Source: an uncultured virus (IMG/VR IMGVR_UViG_3300046692_000581)
Taxonomy: Duplodnaviria; Heunggongvirae; Uroviricota; Caudoviricetes
Virus record (IMG/VR): IMGVR_UViG_3300046692_000581
Reading direction: 5' to 3' (one strand)
DNA: 64,000 bases
Numbering within the stretch: the stretch's first letter is position 1; every line of letters starts with the position of its first letter. This document shows, one piece after another, positions 17,480 to 27,378 of this stretch. The position numbers and the translations under genes were made by a program. Under the pieces are notes generated by a model that was not told the origin of the DNA, did no database searches, and saw only the letters and a program-made list of their open reading frames with translations.

Positions 17480-19651
17480 TTATCCTCGGCACACCGTGTG
17501 ATTGGTATTTGTTTTACCGTCACCTGAGTAGTACGTGAATCCGCCAACTACTGGGTAGTAGTTAACTCGTGTACCAATATCTCTGAATATTTCTACGCCA
17601 TCCCATACTACGACCATCCATTGAGGGTTGGTTTTACCGCCACCATCAAAGAAGTTCACGTAGTTGGCGCCATCAAATCTGCAACCAGTCCATGGTTTCG
17701 TTCCGTAAGCCGTCTGATAGGTTACTTGTCCGCCAACAGTCTGCCCTTCTGTAACCGCTGCACCATTGTTGATCACCTGTCCGGTTGTTGTCTCATATAG
17801 GCGGTCCTGACGAGAACGGTTTTGGTTAATGTAGCAGCCAGTACCGGTTTGGGTGAAGGCTGTGCCTGAGTTCACTGTGTAAGGATCAGGCGACCACGCC
17901 GAGCAACCGTAAACGCCAGAGGTGTTATACCAGCCGCCATAAACTGGTGGGTAGTAAGCCCAGGTTTGCTTGGTGCCTGTCGCTGACTGATAGCCAGTTT
18001 GACCACCAATGGTTTGTGTTTCAGTGACAACCGCACCGTTGTTACGGATAGCCCCTGTAGTGGTTTCGACCTGACGGTCTTGCCTTGTTCTGCTTTGATT
18101 CACAGAGCAGTTAGTGGCGGTTTGGGTGAAGACTTGTCCAATGGTTACCGAGCTAACGGCGGGAGACCAGTTCGTGCATCCGTAAACGCCTGATGTATTG
18201 GTCCATGCCCCATATGCAGCTGTGGTGGCAACCCAAGTCTCTTTGGTGCCGGTGGCAGTACGAGTGCTGGTGGCAGAGATCGATTGCGATTGAGTTACGC
18301 TGCTGACTTGCACGGTGCTGCCGCTCAAGTGATCGACATAGCTCTCAACGCGATTGCGTGTTTGCGGTTGCAAGCAGTCGGTAGCAGTTTGAGAGAATGA
18401 CTGACCAATGTTCACGGTAGCAGGATCCGGCGACCAGTTGGTGCAGGAAGTAACAGCCCCATTGTTTGCCCAGGAAGCAATGGTGACGGTGTAGTTGCGG
18501 GTAGCTGACTGACTGCTCAGCATCTGCGTTTCAGTGGCAATACTCCCCTTGTTACGAATTTCTTGAGTATTGTTTTCTATTTCGCGATCTTGCCGAGTAC
18601 GGGTTTGATCTGTTTTGCAGTCCGTGGCCGTTTGTTCGAATGTTGCCGACGTGGATTTTGTTGATCCTGCTGGGCTCCAGTTTGAGCACGAGTAGGTGAT
18701 TTTTCCAGGAGTATTCGTCCAGGCACTGTATACCGGAGTGGTGTCCCCCCAGTTTTCTTGTGTGCCGATAGCGGGACGCGTATTTGCCTGCTTAGACAGG
18801 GTTCTCGCTTCATCGGTTTTGGCGACAGTGTTTTTAACGCCTGTTTTATGGTCAACGTAGGACTCATCGCGTGTGCGTTTCTGATCCAGTTTGCAGTCGG
18901 TTGCCGATTGAGTAAATGCAACGCTTTTGCCCACGGTAGATGGATCTGGCGACCAGTCAGAGCACGCATATTTAGCGCTAGCATCAGTCCAGTTGCCTAA
19001 AACCACACTGTAAGGACGGGTGGCCGACTGTTTTGTCAGGGTTTGCTGTTCAACGACAGGCGATCCGCTGTCGCGAATCTCCAAGGTGTAATGCTCCTGC
19101 TCACGATCCTGGCGCAAGCGCTCCTGATCGGTTTTGCACAAATCACTTTTTTGTGTGAATTGCGTGCTCGCAGTATAAATGGCTGGATCCGGAGACCACG
19201 ATGTACAGCCGTACAGGGAATTGGTGTCTGTCCAGCTGGTGTAGGTCGGATCATAGCTCATCCAATTTTCAAGAATGCCGATTGCGTCTCTGTCCTGAGT
19301 ATCGTCAATGGTTCGTTTGTCAATATAAGCAGCATCAGGGACATCTTCAACTAGTCCAGTACGCTGATCTACACGCTGTGGATGAGCCAGACGTTCCTGA
19401 TTTAGCTTGCAGTCAGTCGCTGTTTGGGTAAAGGAAAGGCCCTTGCCAATGGACGCAGTGGATGGAGACCAGTTTGTGCAGCCGTAAAAGGTTCCAACAT
19501 CCTTCCACTCTTCAAAAACGGTTTCTGCGCCTTGCCAGTTGTATGGAACTGATTCAGATAAATTATATCTGTAACGAAATTCAGATGCTTGTGTCGCTCC
19601 GGACGCAAGCGCAATCGAAAGGAGCAAAATACTCCTGTTAAAGTAGCGCAT
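17480..19651 (-). CDS. secreted protein with seven ~80-90-aa Cys/Trp repeats (TSP1-like)
   Basis: Signal peptide; repeat W-x8-CxxWSP-x10-FTQTATDC-x3-QxRxR. Confidence 0.85.
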   Translation of the reverse strand: MRYFNRSILLLSIALASGATQASEFRYRYNLSESVPYNWQGAETVFEEWKDVGTFYGCTNWSPSTASIGKGLSFTQTATDCKLNQERLAHPQRVDQRTGLVEDVPDAAYIDKRTIDDTQDRDAIGILENWMSYDPTYTSWTDTNSLYGCTSWSPDPAIYTASTQFTQKSDLCKTDQERLRQDREQEHYTLEIRDSGSPVVEQQTLTKQSATRPYSVVLGNWTDASAKYACSDWSPDPSTVGKSVAFTQSATDCKLDQKRTRDESYVDHKTGVKNTVAKTDEARTLSKQANTRPAIGTQENWGDTTPVYSAWTNTPGKITYSCSNWSPAGSTKSTSATFEQTATDCKTDQTRTRQDREIENNTQEIRNKGSIATETQMLSSQSATRNYTVTIASWANNGAVTSCTNWSPDPATVNIGQSFSQTATDCLQPQTRNRVESYVDHLSGSTVQVSSVTQSQSISATSTRTATGTKETWVATTAAYGAWTNTSGVYGCTNWSPAVSSVTIGQVFTQTATNCSVNQSRTRQDRQVETTTGAIRNNGAVVTETQTIGGQTGYQSATGTKQTWAYYPPVYGGWYNTSGVYGCSAWSPDPYTVNSGTAFTQTGTGCYINQNRSRQDRLYETTTGQVINNGAAVTEGQTVGGQVTYQTAYGTKPWTGCRFDGANYVNFFDGGGKTNPQWMVVVWDGVEIFRDIGTRVNYYPVVGGFTYYSGDGKTNTNHTVCRG

Positions 19652-19937
19652 AATATATCTCTTATTTTTTATGTCTATCCATTATATACCAATATTTTTG
19701 ATTAATTGTCATCAATAACCACTATAAGAGGTCATTGTTTAAACTTTTCGGATAAGCTGTTTCGAATTGTATGATTGAAGATGATAATCACTCGTGGTTT
19801 TTCACTGTGAGGTTGATTTGAGACCACTGAAACCCCGACTATGCGTCATTCATCACTGCTTCCGTAAAAATTTACTTTTCAAATGCAACTACAGATGGAA
19901 TACAATGACGTCGAAGAAACAATAATAAGGTGATAAT

Positions 19938-20375
19938 GTGAGCCAGTCGCAAAGCGGTAAAAATGGCAAAGAAGATCAGGTCAGTTCACTGCCTGTTGGT
20001 CGATTTTTGTTGGGACTCCTGATGTTGGGTGTGGGCGGATACCTGTTGATGAATGCAATTCAGGTGACCACTGCAATGAGTTTTGGCTCCAGGCTATACG
20101 GTTTCAATGCGATGGGCGGGCAGTACGGCATCACCACTGGCATGATCATGATCCCATTCCTGATTGGCGTTGGTGTTGCTTTTTATGATTACAAAAAGGT
20201 GTGGGGATGGCTGCTGGCTGGAGTCTCGTTGGCATCAATGATAATTGGCGTTATTACCTCCGTTCGATTCGTCATCAGACCCATGTCTTCTTTCGAATTC
20301 ATTGTGATTTTGGTGCTTGTGGTCGGCGGAATTGGCCTAATGATTGGAAAGAAAAAATCAACGCCTCAAGATTAA
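19938..20375 (+). CDS. 4-TM membrane protein
   Basis: Four hydrophobic Gly-rich segments. Confidence 0.75.
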   Translation: MSQSQSGKNGKEDQVSSLPVGRFLLGLLMLGVGGYLLMNAIQVTTAMSFGSRLYGFNAMGGQYGITTGMIMIPFLIGVGVAFYDYKKVWGWLLAGVSLASMIIGVITSVRFVIRPMSSFEFIVILVLVVGGIGLMIGKKKSTPQD

Positions 20376-20565
20376 TCTGATCTGTTATCAAATAAATAGG
20401 GCGAAGACTGATCCCGAAGCCAGTCAGAATACGTAAGTTATGGATTAATCTATTGGGGCTTCTGTTTGATAACTATTTTGACGCTGGCTTAGAAAGAATA
20501 TGTAGAAGTAAATTCGCGTTAATAACAATTTTGCAGTGTAAATTTAAATTGATGGGTATCTAAAA

Positions 20566-21072
20566 ATGTCTGATTCGAGTGATGGGAAAGAAGCGTGTGC
20601 TTTAGCACTAATTGCAATTTTGGCTTTTGGTGTTATTGGAGGGGGTTATTGGTATAACTCTGTGAAGAATAGTCAACTAACTCTAGCAAGTCACGACACG
20701 CAAATTAAGAAAGAGTACATTGAGCGTGGATTCGTCAATCCCCTGAACTATAAAGGAACTGATGAGGAGCAAGCTGCCGTTGTCAGATACATCGATACTT
20801 ACGGGGAAGGCGCCATCGCTCGCACAAGAGGAAAGTCAGAAATTCGAGGTAGCCTGAATGGCCTGGAAGCCTTTAATATCCTTAAAGCATCCAATTACCC
20901 TGAAGCTGTAAACGCTGCGCTAATGCAACAATGCGGTGAGCATTCTCCGCAAGAAAAATGCGTCTACTCAAGTATTTGGTATGCCTATTACAATGAATAT
21001 CTAGATGATGCAATTCAAAAGAAGAAAGACGAAAAAGATTATGAAAGAAATCTGGCTGCATTGAAGCCATAG
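20566..21072 (+). CDS. membrane-anchored hypothetical protein
   Basis: N-terminal TM helix. Confidence 0.7.
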   Translation: MSDSSDGKEACALALIAILAFGVIGGGYWYNSVKNSQLTLASHDTQIKKEYIERGFVNPLNYKGTDEEQAAVVRYIDTYGEGAIARTRGKSEIRGSLNGLEAFNILKASNYPEAVNAALMQQCGEHSPQEKCVYSSIWYAYYNEYLDDAIQKKKDEKDYERNLAALKP

Positions 21073-21084
21073 TGTGGAGGTAAT

Positions 21085-21385
21085 AAAAAAGGAGCCTTTC
21101 AAGGCTCCTTTTTCTTGCCGCTCGAAAGCGAAAGGTCGGCGTCTATTCCGTTGCATTGGGTGCCTTCCTCGCCCGTTGCAAAGTGCAATTTCCTTGTATT
21201 GCCAAAGCACCGAGGGTCATGGCTTCTACGCTTTCGCTCTGCTATCCCCGCTGGCAGGTATCATGATGGCTCAATTGTCCTGGTCGCCAGTCTTGACCAA
21301 TGCATTGATGACAGCGCTTACTCGCCCTGCCTGCCTATACAGCCATAACCGTTACATAAACCCACCACTTTTCAGGTTAATGGAA
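21085..21385 (-). ncRNA. candidate structured ncRNA (~300 nt)
   Basis: GGTTATGGCT/AGCCATGACC and GGCAGG/CCTGCC long-range helices; terminator 21085-21113. Confidence 0.55.
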
Positions 21386-21475
21386 TAATACTTCTGAGCA
21401 TCACTCACTTATAAGAATATTTAATTTAACAAAAGCCACATAAATATTCAACTATAATATGAGGCTTTTGTGTAA

Positions 21476-22021
21476 TTATTCGTTCTGATACGCGCCGACC
21501 CACAGTTTGACATCAGCAGCATTAATGCTGAATGCAACGTTGCCAGTAATCAGGTTTTCTACAGCCAGTCGACGGGCAGAGATTGGATCTTTATCGCCTT
21601 CCTTATCCAGTCGAGCCAATGTTTTTCCGGTGCCATTAACCAGCAAGACCGGGTCAATGCCGAAGCCATCTTCAGTGGCATCACAAATAGTACCTTCGGT
21701 TACACCGAAGAATGTGTCCACTCGTCCCTCCCTCACTACACCTAGTCTTACTTGCCAGTCGATTTTGGTTCCGACTGGGTATTTGCCCTTCAGAATGGCT
21801 TCAATTTGCCATTTCACGTCAATAATAGGCACGCCATCCACCACGATGATGGCGTCTTCGACCACTCTGCCCTCGCCTGCGTCGATAGCCTTGTGCACGA
21901 TGATCTGATCTGGGGTCGAAACGATTTCGCGGATGTCCGGGCCTTCTTGGATAATCAGGCCTGGAATTTTGAAACGTTCGAATTCGCGACGTTTTGAGCT
22001 GTTGGAGGTGACTAGAATCAT
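21476..22021 (-). CDS. Ham1/RdgB-like non-canonical purine NTP pyrophosphatase
   Basis: LVTSNSSKRRE, HKA, VVED, GFGIDP, KDPISARRLA. Confidence 0.85.
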   Translation of the reverse strand: MILVTSNSSKRREFERFKIPGLIIQEGPDIREIVSTPDQIIVHKAIDAGEGRVVEDAIIVVDGVPIIDVKWQIEAILKGKYPVGTKIDWQVRLGVVREGRVDTFFGVTEGTICDATEDGFGIDPVLLVNGTGKTLARLDKEGDKDPISARRLAVENLITGNVAFSINAADVKLWVGAYQNE

Positions 22022-22581
22022 GGTTTGCCTGCTGAATTTAGAATGATTTGACGATAGTGACGAGCCTCGGCGATGGACTCTAGGATGTCATCCAGGGCTC
22101 GGTGAGTTTGCTTTTTTACGGGCTCTACGCCGGGCATGATCACCTTCAGAAATTCTTTGACTGACGAAACATCCAGCTGGCGGTACGTCAGGAAGTTATT
22201 CAACCTTGGCAAATGAGCCTCGGTAAAGATCCGGTCAAATGTAATGCCGTTCCCGGACATGGGAGAGTCTTTGTGCTCGATTCCATGCTTGCGATAAAAG
22301 TTGATAACCTGAGACTCCGCTTCATCAAGCGTGATTACAGAGCGTTCACACTCTGCAAAAAGTCCATTCGCGATGTGCATGTCCAGCACCTTCTGAGCGA
22401 GCAGGTGACTATAATCCTGAAAGCGTTGGTGCACGACCACATTCATGCTGGCGATCACATTAAAATCTGCGTCAGTCACGGCGGCACCAAACTCCAGAAT
22501 GCGATGCTGATAAACCATGCGCTTATCAAGCTCTGTAAAGCCGGTGGTTTCAAGATCAAGCCAGCCACGATTGAAAGACAT
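22018..22581 (-). CDS. orn: oligoribonuclease
   Basis: WLDLETTG, MHIANGL, GNGITFDR, YRQLDVSS, HRALDDILESIAE. Confidence 0.9.
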   Translation of the reverse strand: MSFNRGWLDLETTGFTELDKRMVYQHRILEFGAAVTDADFNVIASMNVVVHQRFQDYSHLLAQKVLDMHIANGLFAECERSVITLDEAESQVINFYRKHGIEHKDSPMSGNGITFDRIFTEAHLPRLNNFLTYRQLDVSSVKEFLKVIMPGVEPVKKQTHRALDDILESIAEARHYRQIILNSAGKP

Positions 22582-22653
22582 AAAAACCTCAGAGAACGAA
22601 GAAACCGCTGGACACCTTACGCGAAGCGTATCCTATCGGAAAAACAGACGGTA

Positions 22654-22995
22654 TCAAAACAAAGAAAGCAAATCCTTCTCGGCTTGATCAAAAAAACCGT
22701 CAAAGCAATCATCTGGAGTACCAGTATCATCCAATCGAATGATATTTGTTTTTCCATGACGATGAAAATGAATCAGCACATGTTCATGAAAAATATGTTT
22801 GGTAGCAACAGAAATTAGCAAGCCATGATAAATATGATCGCTGTTTGCAAATACATGGTGATCTTTAAGTGTTGGAGCCCTGAGAGCTTTACCAATGGCT
22901 GAAAGCTCTGCCCCAGTCATGAGAATCGTGCCCAGCACCTGAGCCTCATTAGGGGCGGAACTGTAGTCACCACAATGAAAATGAAGAGTGTTCAT
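22654..22995 (-). CDS. hypothetical protein
   Basis: 113-aa ORF. Confidence 0.6.
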   Translation of the reverse strand: MNTLHFHCGDYSSAPNEAQVLGTILMTGAELSAIGKALRAPTLKDHHVFANSDHIYHGLLISVATKHIFHEHVLIHFHRHGKTNIIRLDDTGTPDDCFDGFFDQAEKDLLSLF

Positions 22996-23016
22996 GACTT
23001 AACCTGCTTGAAGATT

Positions 23017-23072
23017 AAAATGTCATCTATACGTTACATTTTAACGCTGATGTAACGTATAGATGACATTTT
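23017..23072. repeat. perfect 23-bp inverted repeat with 10-bp spacer
   Basis: AAAATGTCATCTATACGTTACAT-N10-ATGTAACGTATAGATGACATTTT. Confidence 0.9.
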
Positions 23073-23176
23073 TGATGAGTTATTTGCTTCTGTGAGCACA
23101 TTCTACGATCAAATAACCTTAATGTCAATTGCATTGACGTATGATGATGGGATTTTGATGGATTTTGCTTGGTTAG

Positions 23177-23830
23177 CTACACAGATGCACTTCTGAAGGT
23201 TAGGTTGATGCGCCGACTTCCAAGGCGGTCGTGACTGCCTTCCTTAAGGGGAAGGATTCCGTGGAATCGAAGTCGATCTTCACCGCCCCACACAACAACA
23301 TCGCCGTGCTGCAAGATAAACTTGGATGGCTTTTCATTTCGCGTCATGCCGCCAAATTGAAAAACGGCGTCAATGCCCAGGGAGACTGACACAATTGGCT
23401 GATCAAAGCGGCCTTCATCCTTGTCTTGGTGGAGGGAAAGTTTGTCACCGACTCGATAGCTGTTTATCAAGCAGGCATTGGGAGCAAAGCCATCAAATCC
23501 GGCCATTGAAGCGGCCTTAATGGCTAGATCTTTGAAAGCTTCAGGCATGCGTGGCCATTCGTTTTGGCTAAGAGGGTCCACTGTGCTGTAGCCATAACCT
23601 TCGCGGCTAGCAACCCAGCCCTTGTCTCCGCAATTGCTCATCCTGACCGACATGGTATGCCCTTGTGGCGTCTCCATGTTCCTGAATGGCGCCGTCTTGA
23701 TGACATCCCTGAGCGCATTCAGGAGCATTTCTGAAGAGTCTCTGGCAAACCCATGCAGGATAGACGCATTGGCGCCTATGGCTTGTATAGTGGGCGGCAA
23801 GGTGTCGCCGAATAGATCAACGCTGGACAT
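23177..23830 (-). CDS. alkB: DNA oxidative demethylase AlkB
   Basis: APFRNMETPQG, MSVRMSNCG, ACLINSY, LSLHQDKDE, RFHGI, RINLTFR; likely start MSSVDLF. Confidence 0.93.
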   Translation of the reverse strand: MSSVDLFGDTLPPTIQAIGANASILHGFARDSSEMLLNALRDVIKTAPFRNMETPQGHTMSVRMSNCGDKGWVASREGYGYSTVDPLSQNEWPRMPEAFKDLAIKAASMAGFDGFAPNACLINSYRVGDKLSLHQDKDEGRFDQPIVSVSLGIDAVFQFGGMTRNEKPSKFILQHGDVVVWGGEDRLRFHGILPLKEGSHDRLGSRRINLTFRSASV

Positions 23831-24332
23831 TGCTGGAGGCTTCGTAATCATTTCGCGCACAAAACTCAAAAAAGCGAGCAAGAAGGTTATCGATGGCATG
23901 ACCAAAGTCAATTTCTTCCCAGTCAAACTGCGTAGTGCGGGGGTGTTCACCCGTGAGGGTGATGGTGCAGGATCCAACAATTTCCACTGGCTCATCGTTT
24001 TCTTGGGGAATGAACAGTCGTTCCTCAAAAATATCGCTTGTGATCAGGTATTCCTTATCAAAATGATTGGCGTACAGGGAACCGCCTTTCATCAGATGGT
24101 CGCGGATGTTATAGCCGGTATGACCCAGGCGCGTTGATTCAGGCACAAGTGCTGGCGCTACAACTTCAAAGGTCGGAATTGTGCAGGCCTGAACGTTCAT
24201 CACCAGTGTTTTGGGGATCTGGCTGAGTTCAAGCTGTGCGCTTTGCATCGCTGAGGATAGCGTCACATCGCATATGGTTTGGAAGAAAACGGCATCATTT
24301 GTGATATAGGTGACAACAAAATAATCGAACAT
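23817..24332 (-). CDS. hypothetical protein
   Basis: 171 aa, AAGGAG SD. Confidence 0.7.
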   Translation of the reverse strand: MFDYFVVTYITNDAVFFQTICDVTLSSAMQSAQLELSQIPKTLVMNVQACTIPTFEVVAPALVPESTRLGHTGYNIRDHLMKGGSLYANHFDKEYLITSDIFEERLFIPQENDEPVEIVGSCTITLTGEHPRTTQFDWEEIDFGHAIDNLLARFFEFCARNDYEASSNVQR

Positions 24333-24397
24333 GACAGTGCTCCTTCAAGATGAGAGCACTGTAGCATTCAGCATAATATTTGTCAATATCACTGACA

Positions 24398-25201
24398 TTA
24401 CACAAGCTGATCCAGGGTGTAAATGTGGACACCTCCACCCTTGTAGATGCCGTGATCGATTACTCGATTGTTTTCATATCGCAGCGGCCCGTTGCATATT
24501 TCATGTTTGATGGGCGTGTGGCCAGAGATTACGACTGGAATTCCAGGAGTCATTAGTGACATTTTCATGTCATCCGTACGCAGCTCTGGAGGAACTTTTC
24601 TCGCAACTTTGTTTTTGTCGCGGCCCCACAAACAAACGCCTACGGGGCTTTTATGGTCGTCTTCAAGGCTAAATACGTAGTCACTGGGCAGTTTGGAAAC
24701 AATACTGACCAGTTCTTGCCATGACATGCCGATATGCGCCTCTGCGTGAATAAGGCCAGCCAGTGGTTTGCCCTCTTCGTCCTGATATTCGATCAGGATC
24801 GGCAGCTCGGAAAAGGTTCTGATCACTTCATTCAGGGTCGAAAGTGTCTGCATCACAAGCCAGCTTCCACCTTCTGAAATGCACGTCGCAACATCACGGT
24901 CGGTTTCTTTCAAGGGTTTAATGCCCAGCTCTTCACACTGGAAGTGCTTGGCTGTGTGATACACGAAGGCGTCGTGATTGCCCTGAATGGCGATAAACCA
25001 TTTTTGATTTAGGTATTCCGGCGCGAGATAACTTTCAGGACCTCGGTCAGTCAAGTCACCAAGAACAAAGAGTCTATCCTTGGTTTTGTCAAAACCAATG
25101 GCCTTCAACTCTTGTTCGAGTAGGGTGTAGCAGCCATGAATATCGCCAACAAAATAGTCGATGCCGATGTTATTCTTTCTGATTTGAATGAATTTTGACA
25201 T
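24398..25201 (-). CDS. Ser/Thr protein phosphatase (PphA/NinI-like PPP)
   Basis: GDIHG, GDLTDRGPES, GNHD, SGHT. Confidence 0.9.
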   Translation of the reverse strand: MSKFIQIRKNNIGIDYFVGDIHGCYTLLEQELKAIGFDKTKDRLFVLGDLTDRGPESYLAPEYLNQKWFIAIQGNHDAFVYHTAKHFQCEELGIKPLKETDRDVATCISEGGSWLVMQTLSTLNEVIRTFSELPILIEYQDEEGKPLAGLIHAEAHIGMSWQELVSIVSKLPSDYVFSLEDDHKSPVGVCLWGRDKNKVARKVPPELRTDDMKMSLMTPGIPVVISGHTPIKHEICNGPLRYENNRVIDHGIYKGGGVHIYTLDQLV

Positions 25202-25266
25202 TAATCAACACCTGATTATATTCAGTATATTATGCAGGATTTTACCGAAAAAAAGCAATCAAATAA

Positions 25267-26073
25267 TTACACAATTTCAGCGTACGTATAAATTTCTGCT
25301 TTGCCTGAGTCATAAAGGCCATGATCGATAAAACGATGGTTTTTGACTCTCCATGGGCCGTTGCCGGGAGCGACGATGGTGTGCCCCGATATCACCAGTG
25401 GAGCCCCGCTGGTGCTCAATGCACGGCGTTTAAAGACGTTCTTAAGGAGGCTTGTCTCATTGATTGTTCGAGACCAGAGCAAATTGCCAACAGTCGCCAA
25501 CATTGAGCTTGTACGGTTTGCTTTGTTTTCAAGGTCAAAGACGTAGTCAGCAGGAAGTGAATTGAGGTCAGATCGCACCTGATCCCAATGGTCGTTGATC
25601 CCAACTTCGGCATGCAGCACGACCGCTAGCAGTGCGTCAGACTGGTCGACGTATTCAATTGCAATGGGCAGTGACTCGTAGCGGCGAATCAATTCTATTA
25701 GAAAATCGTCGGTCGCATTGAGCATCCATTCGCCGCCGTAATCCAGGAATATCCTGGCATTGGCATTGTTCGATTTCAGATAATCAATATCGTAAGGGCG
25801 TCCTGAAGCAAGAAACAATTTGGCTGTTTGATAGGCCATGGCTTCGTGGTTTCCCAGCACAGGGTGGAACCATGGATAGTCCAGGAATTCGAAAACGCGA
25901 TGGCTTTCTGGGCCTCGGTCTGTCAGGTCGCCCGTTGAAAAAAGGCGGTCCACGAGTGGATTGAAATTCTTGCGGCGCAGCGCGATTACCAAAGCAGAGT
26001 AACAGCCGTGAATGTCGCCTATAAAATAGTCGGTGCCGACAGCATTAATTCGAAGTCGTTTAATTTTACTCAT
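25267..26073 (-). CDS. Ser/Thr protein phosphatase (PphA/NinI-like), tandem paralog
   Basis: GDIHG, GDLTDRGPES, GNHE, SGHT. Confidence 0.9.
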   Translation of the reverse strand: MSKIKRLRINAVGTDYFIGDIHGCYSALVIALRRKNFNPLVDRLFSTGDLTDRGPESHRVFEFLDYPWFHPVLGNHEAMAYQTAKLFLASGRPYDIDYLKSNNANARIFLDYGGEWMLNATDDFLIELIRRYESLPIAIEYVDQSDALLAVVLHAEVGINDHWDQVRSDLNSLPADYVFDLENKANRTSSMLATVGNLLWSRTINETSLLKNVFKRRALSTSGAPLVISGHTIVAPGNGPWRVKNHRFIDHGLYDSGKAEIYTYAEIV

Positions 26074-26130
26074 TTGAAATTCTTTTAATAGTCAATGGGT
26101 TATTATAAACCCCTTGACAAATAATTTCCA

Positions 26131-27117
26131 TCAAATGTGGTTGAGGAATCGCTCAGAATCTTCCTGGAGGCTCTGTATTTTATTTAGCAGTTTTGATAGT
26201 TCAAGTTGGACTTCACGGACCTCTTCGCCGCGCTTTCTTTCAGCCGCTTCTTCCAGCTGCTTTTCAAAATTTCGGATGATGGCCGGAATGTGCATCTGTA
26301 GAAATCCCTCTCGATAACCGGCCCCCGAGTAAATCAAGGATGCCTTGAATGCAAAGCCTATATGGCGAGATGCCTCATTGAGCCAGTGTATTTCATAGGC
26401 TTTTTCCAGAAAATCTACCAGCGATTCTGGTCGTTCTTTGTGGGCATCCAGGTAGTTAACTAGCGAGTCTCCAAAGAGGCATTTCATTTCCAAATGCCCG
26501 CGCAGGCCTGTGGAATACGCCGTGCGCCCCTTGCTCATAAATTCACGGCAAAGGGGCGGCATGCTCAGCCCTGCTCTGTAGAGATCATGTCCCAGCGAAT
26601 CGAAACGCATAACCTCTTTCAGTAGGTCATTGATCTGGGGCTTATCAATGAATGTATCTTTGAGGTAGGTATCGACAACAGCAAGGAAACGCTCAGAAAA
26701 TATGTCTGGGCGGTAACCACCTGCTGTGGAGTAGGCTCTTTTATTTAGCTGGAGGTCTTGCCATGTACTTTCCAGGAAAACCATCATCCCGATGGGGCCT
26801 CGGTCTACATTTTCGAGGCTCCACAGGTGCTTTTGAGCGTGCTCATAGCTTTCAGCTTGTAGCAATTTAGTGAGCATTTCTTGCTCAAAATCACTGAATG
26901 AGTGGGGATTAACAACGCATTCCTCAAAATTCCAGGTGCCGTGCACGGGAAAAAAGACGAATTTGTTTGGCCTGTCCTTGACGTCCGGCATTAGGCCGAA
27001 TTTCTTGTGGTCGGGCAGCTGCGATTCATCGACAAGAATGATTGACACGACATGCTCGCGATCCTTGATGTACTCGCCGGTAATGGCGTCGAAGACGTTC
27101 ATCTTGTTAATGCTCAT
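26131..27117 (-). CDS. hypothetical protein
   Basis: 328-aa ORF. Confidence 0.75.
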   Translation of the reverse strand: MSINKMNVFDAITGEYIKDREHVVSIILVDESQLPDHKKFGLMPDVKDRPNKFVFFPVHGTWNFEECVVNPHSFSDFEQEMLTKLLQAESYEHAQKHLWSLENVDRGPIGMMVFLESTWQDLQLNKRAYSTAGGYRPDIFSERFLAVVDTYLKDTFIDKPQINDLLKEVMRFDSLGHDLYRAGLSMPPLCREFMSKGRTAYSTGLRGHLEMKCLFGDSLVNYLDAHKERPESLVDFLEKAYEIHWLNEASRHIGFAFKASLIYSGAGYREGFLQMHIPAIIRNFEKQLEEAAERKRGEEVREVQLELSKLLNKIQSLQEDSERFLNHI

Positions 27118-27378
27118 GAGCTTTGCATCCTAAGCTATTGATTTATGATAAATCGTTTATATCAAAGGTTTATGCAATCTACCTAAAGTATCTTGCTAAG
27201 AGGCGCTACAAAAAACCTGAACTCATGTGGAACAAAGAACTTCAGGGTTTTGCTCGCAGAATGGCTGAAAAACAGCCTGCACTGAGTGGTTAATGGCGAC
27301 ATAAAAACGGCTATTCTAGAATTCACATTAACTTAACAAATCGTTAAATTACAATAAGTTAAGGCTGTTTTATAGAAA

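Noticed and set aside
17480..19651. CRISPR array or DGR-like nucleotide repeats
   Set aside because: The repeats are degenerate protein-level repeats; no constant repeat-spacer pattern or reverse transcriptase was seen in the window
21085..21385. RsmY/RsmZ-like sponge
   Set aside because: About six GGA in 300 nt is near chance, and the fold is dominated by long-range helices
23831..24028. N-terminal extension of AlkB in the ORF track
   Set aside because: It overlaps the upstream gene; AlkB similarity starts at MSSVDLF
27129..27365. Possible MITE bounded by IHF-like motifs
   Set aside because: The ends are only loosely inverted, with no target duplication or second copy
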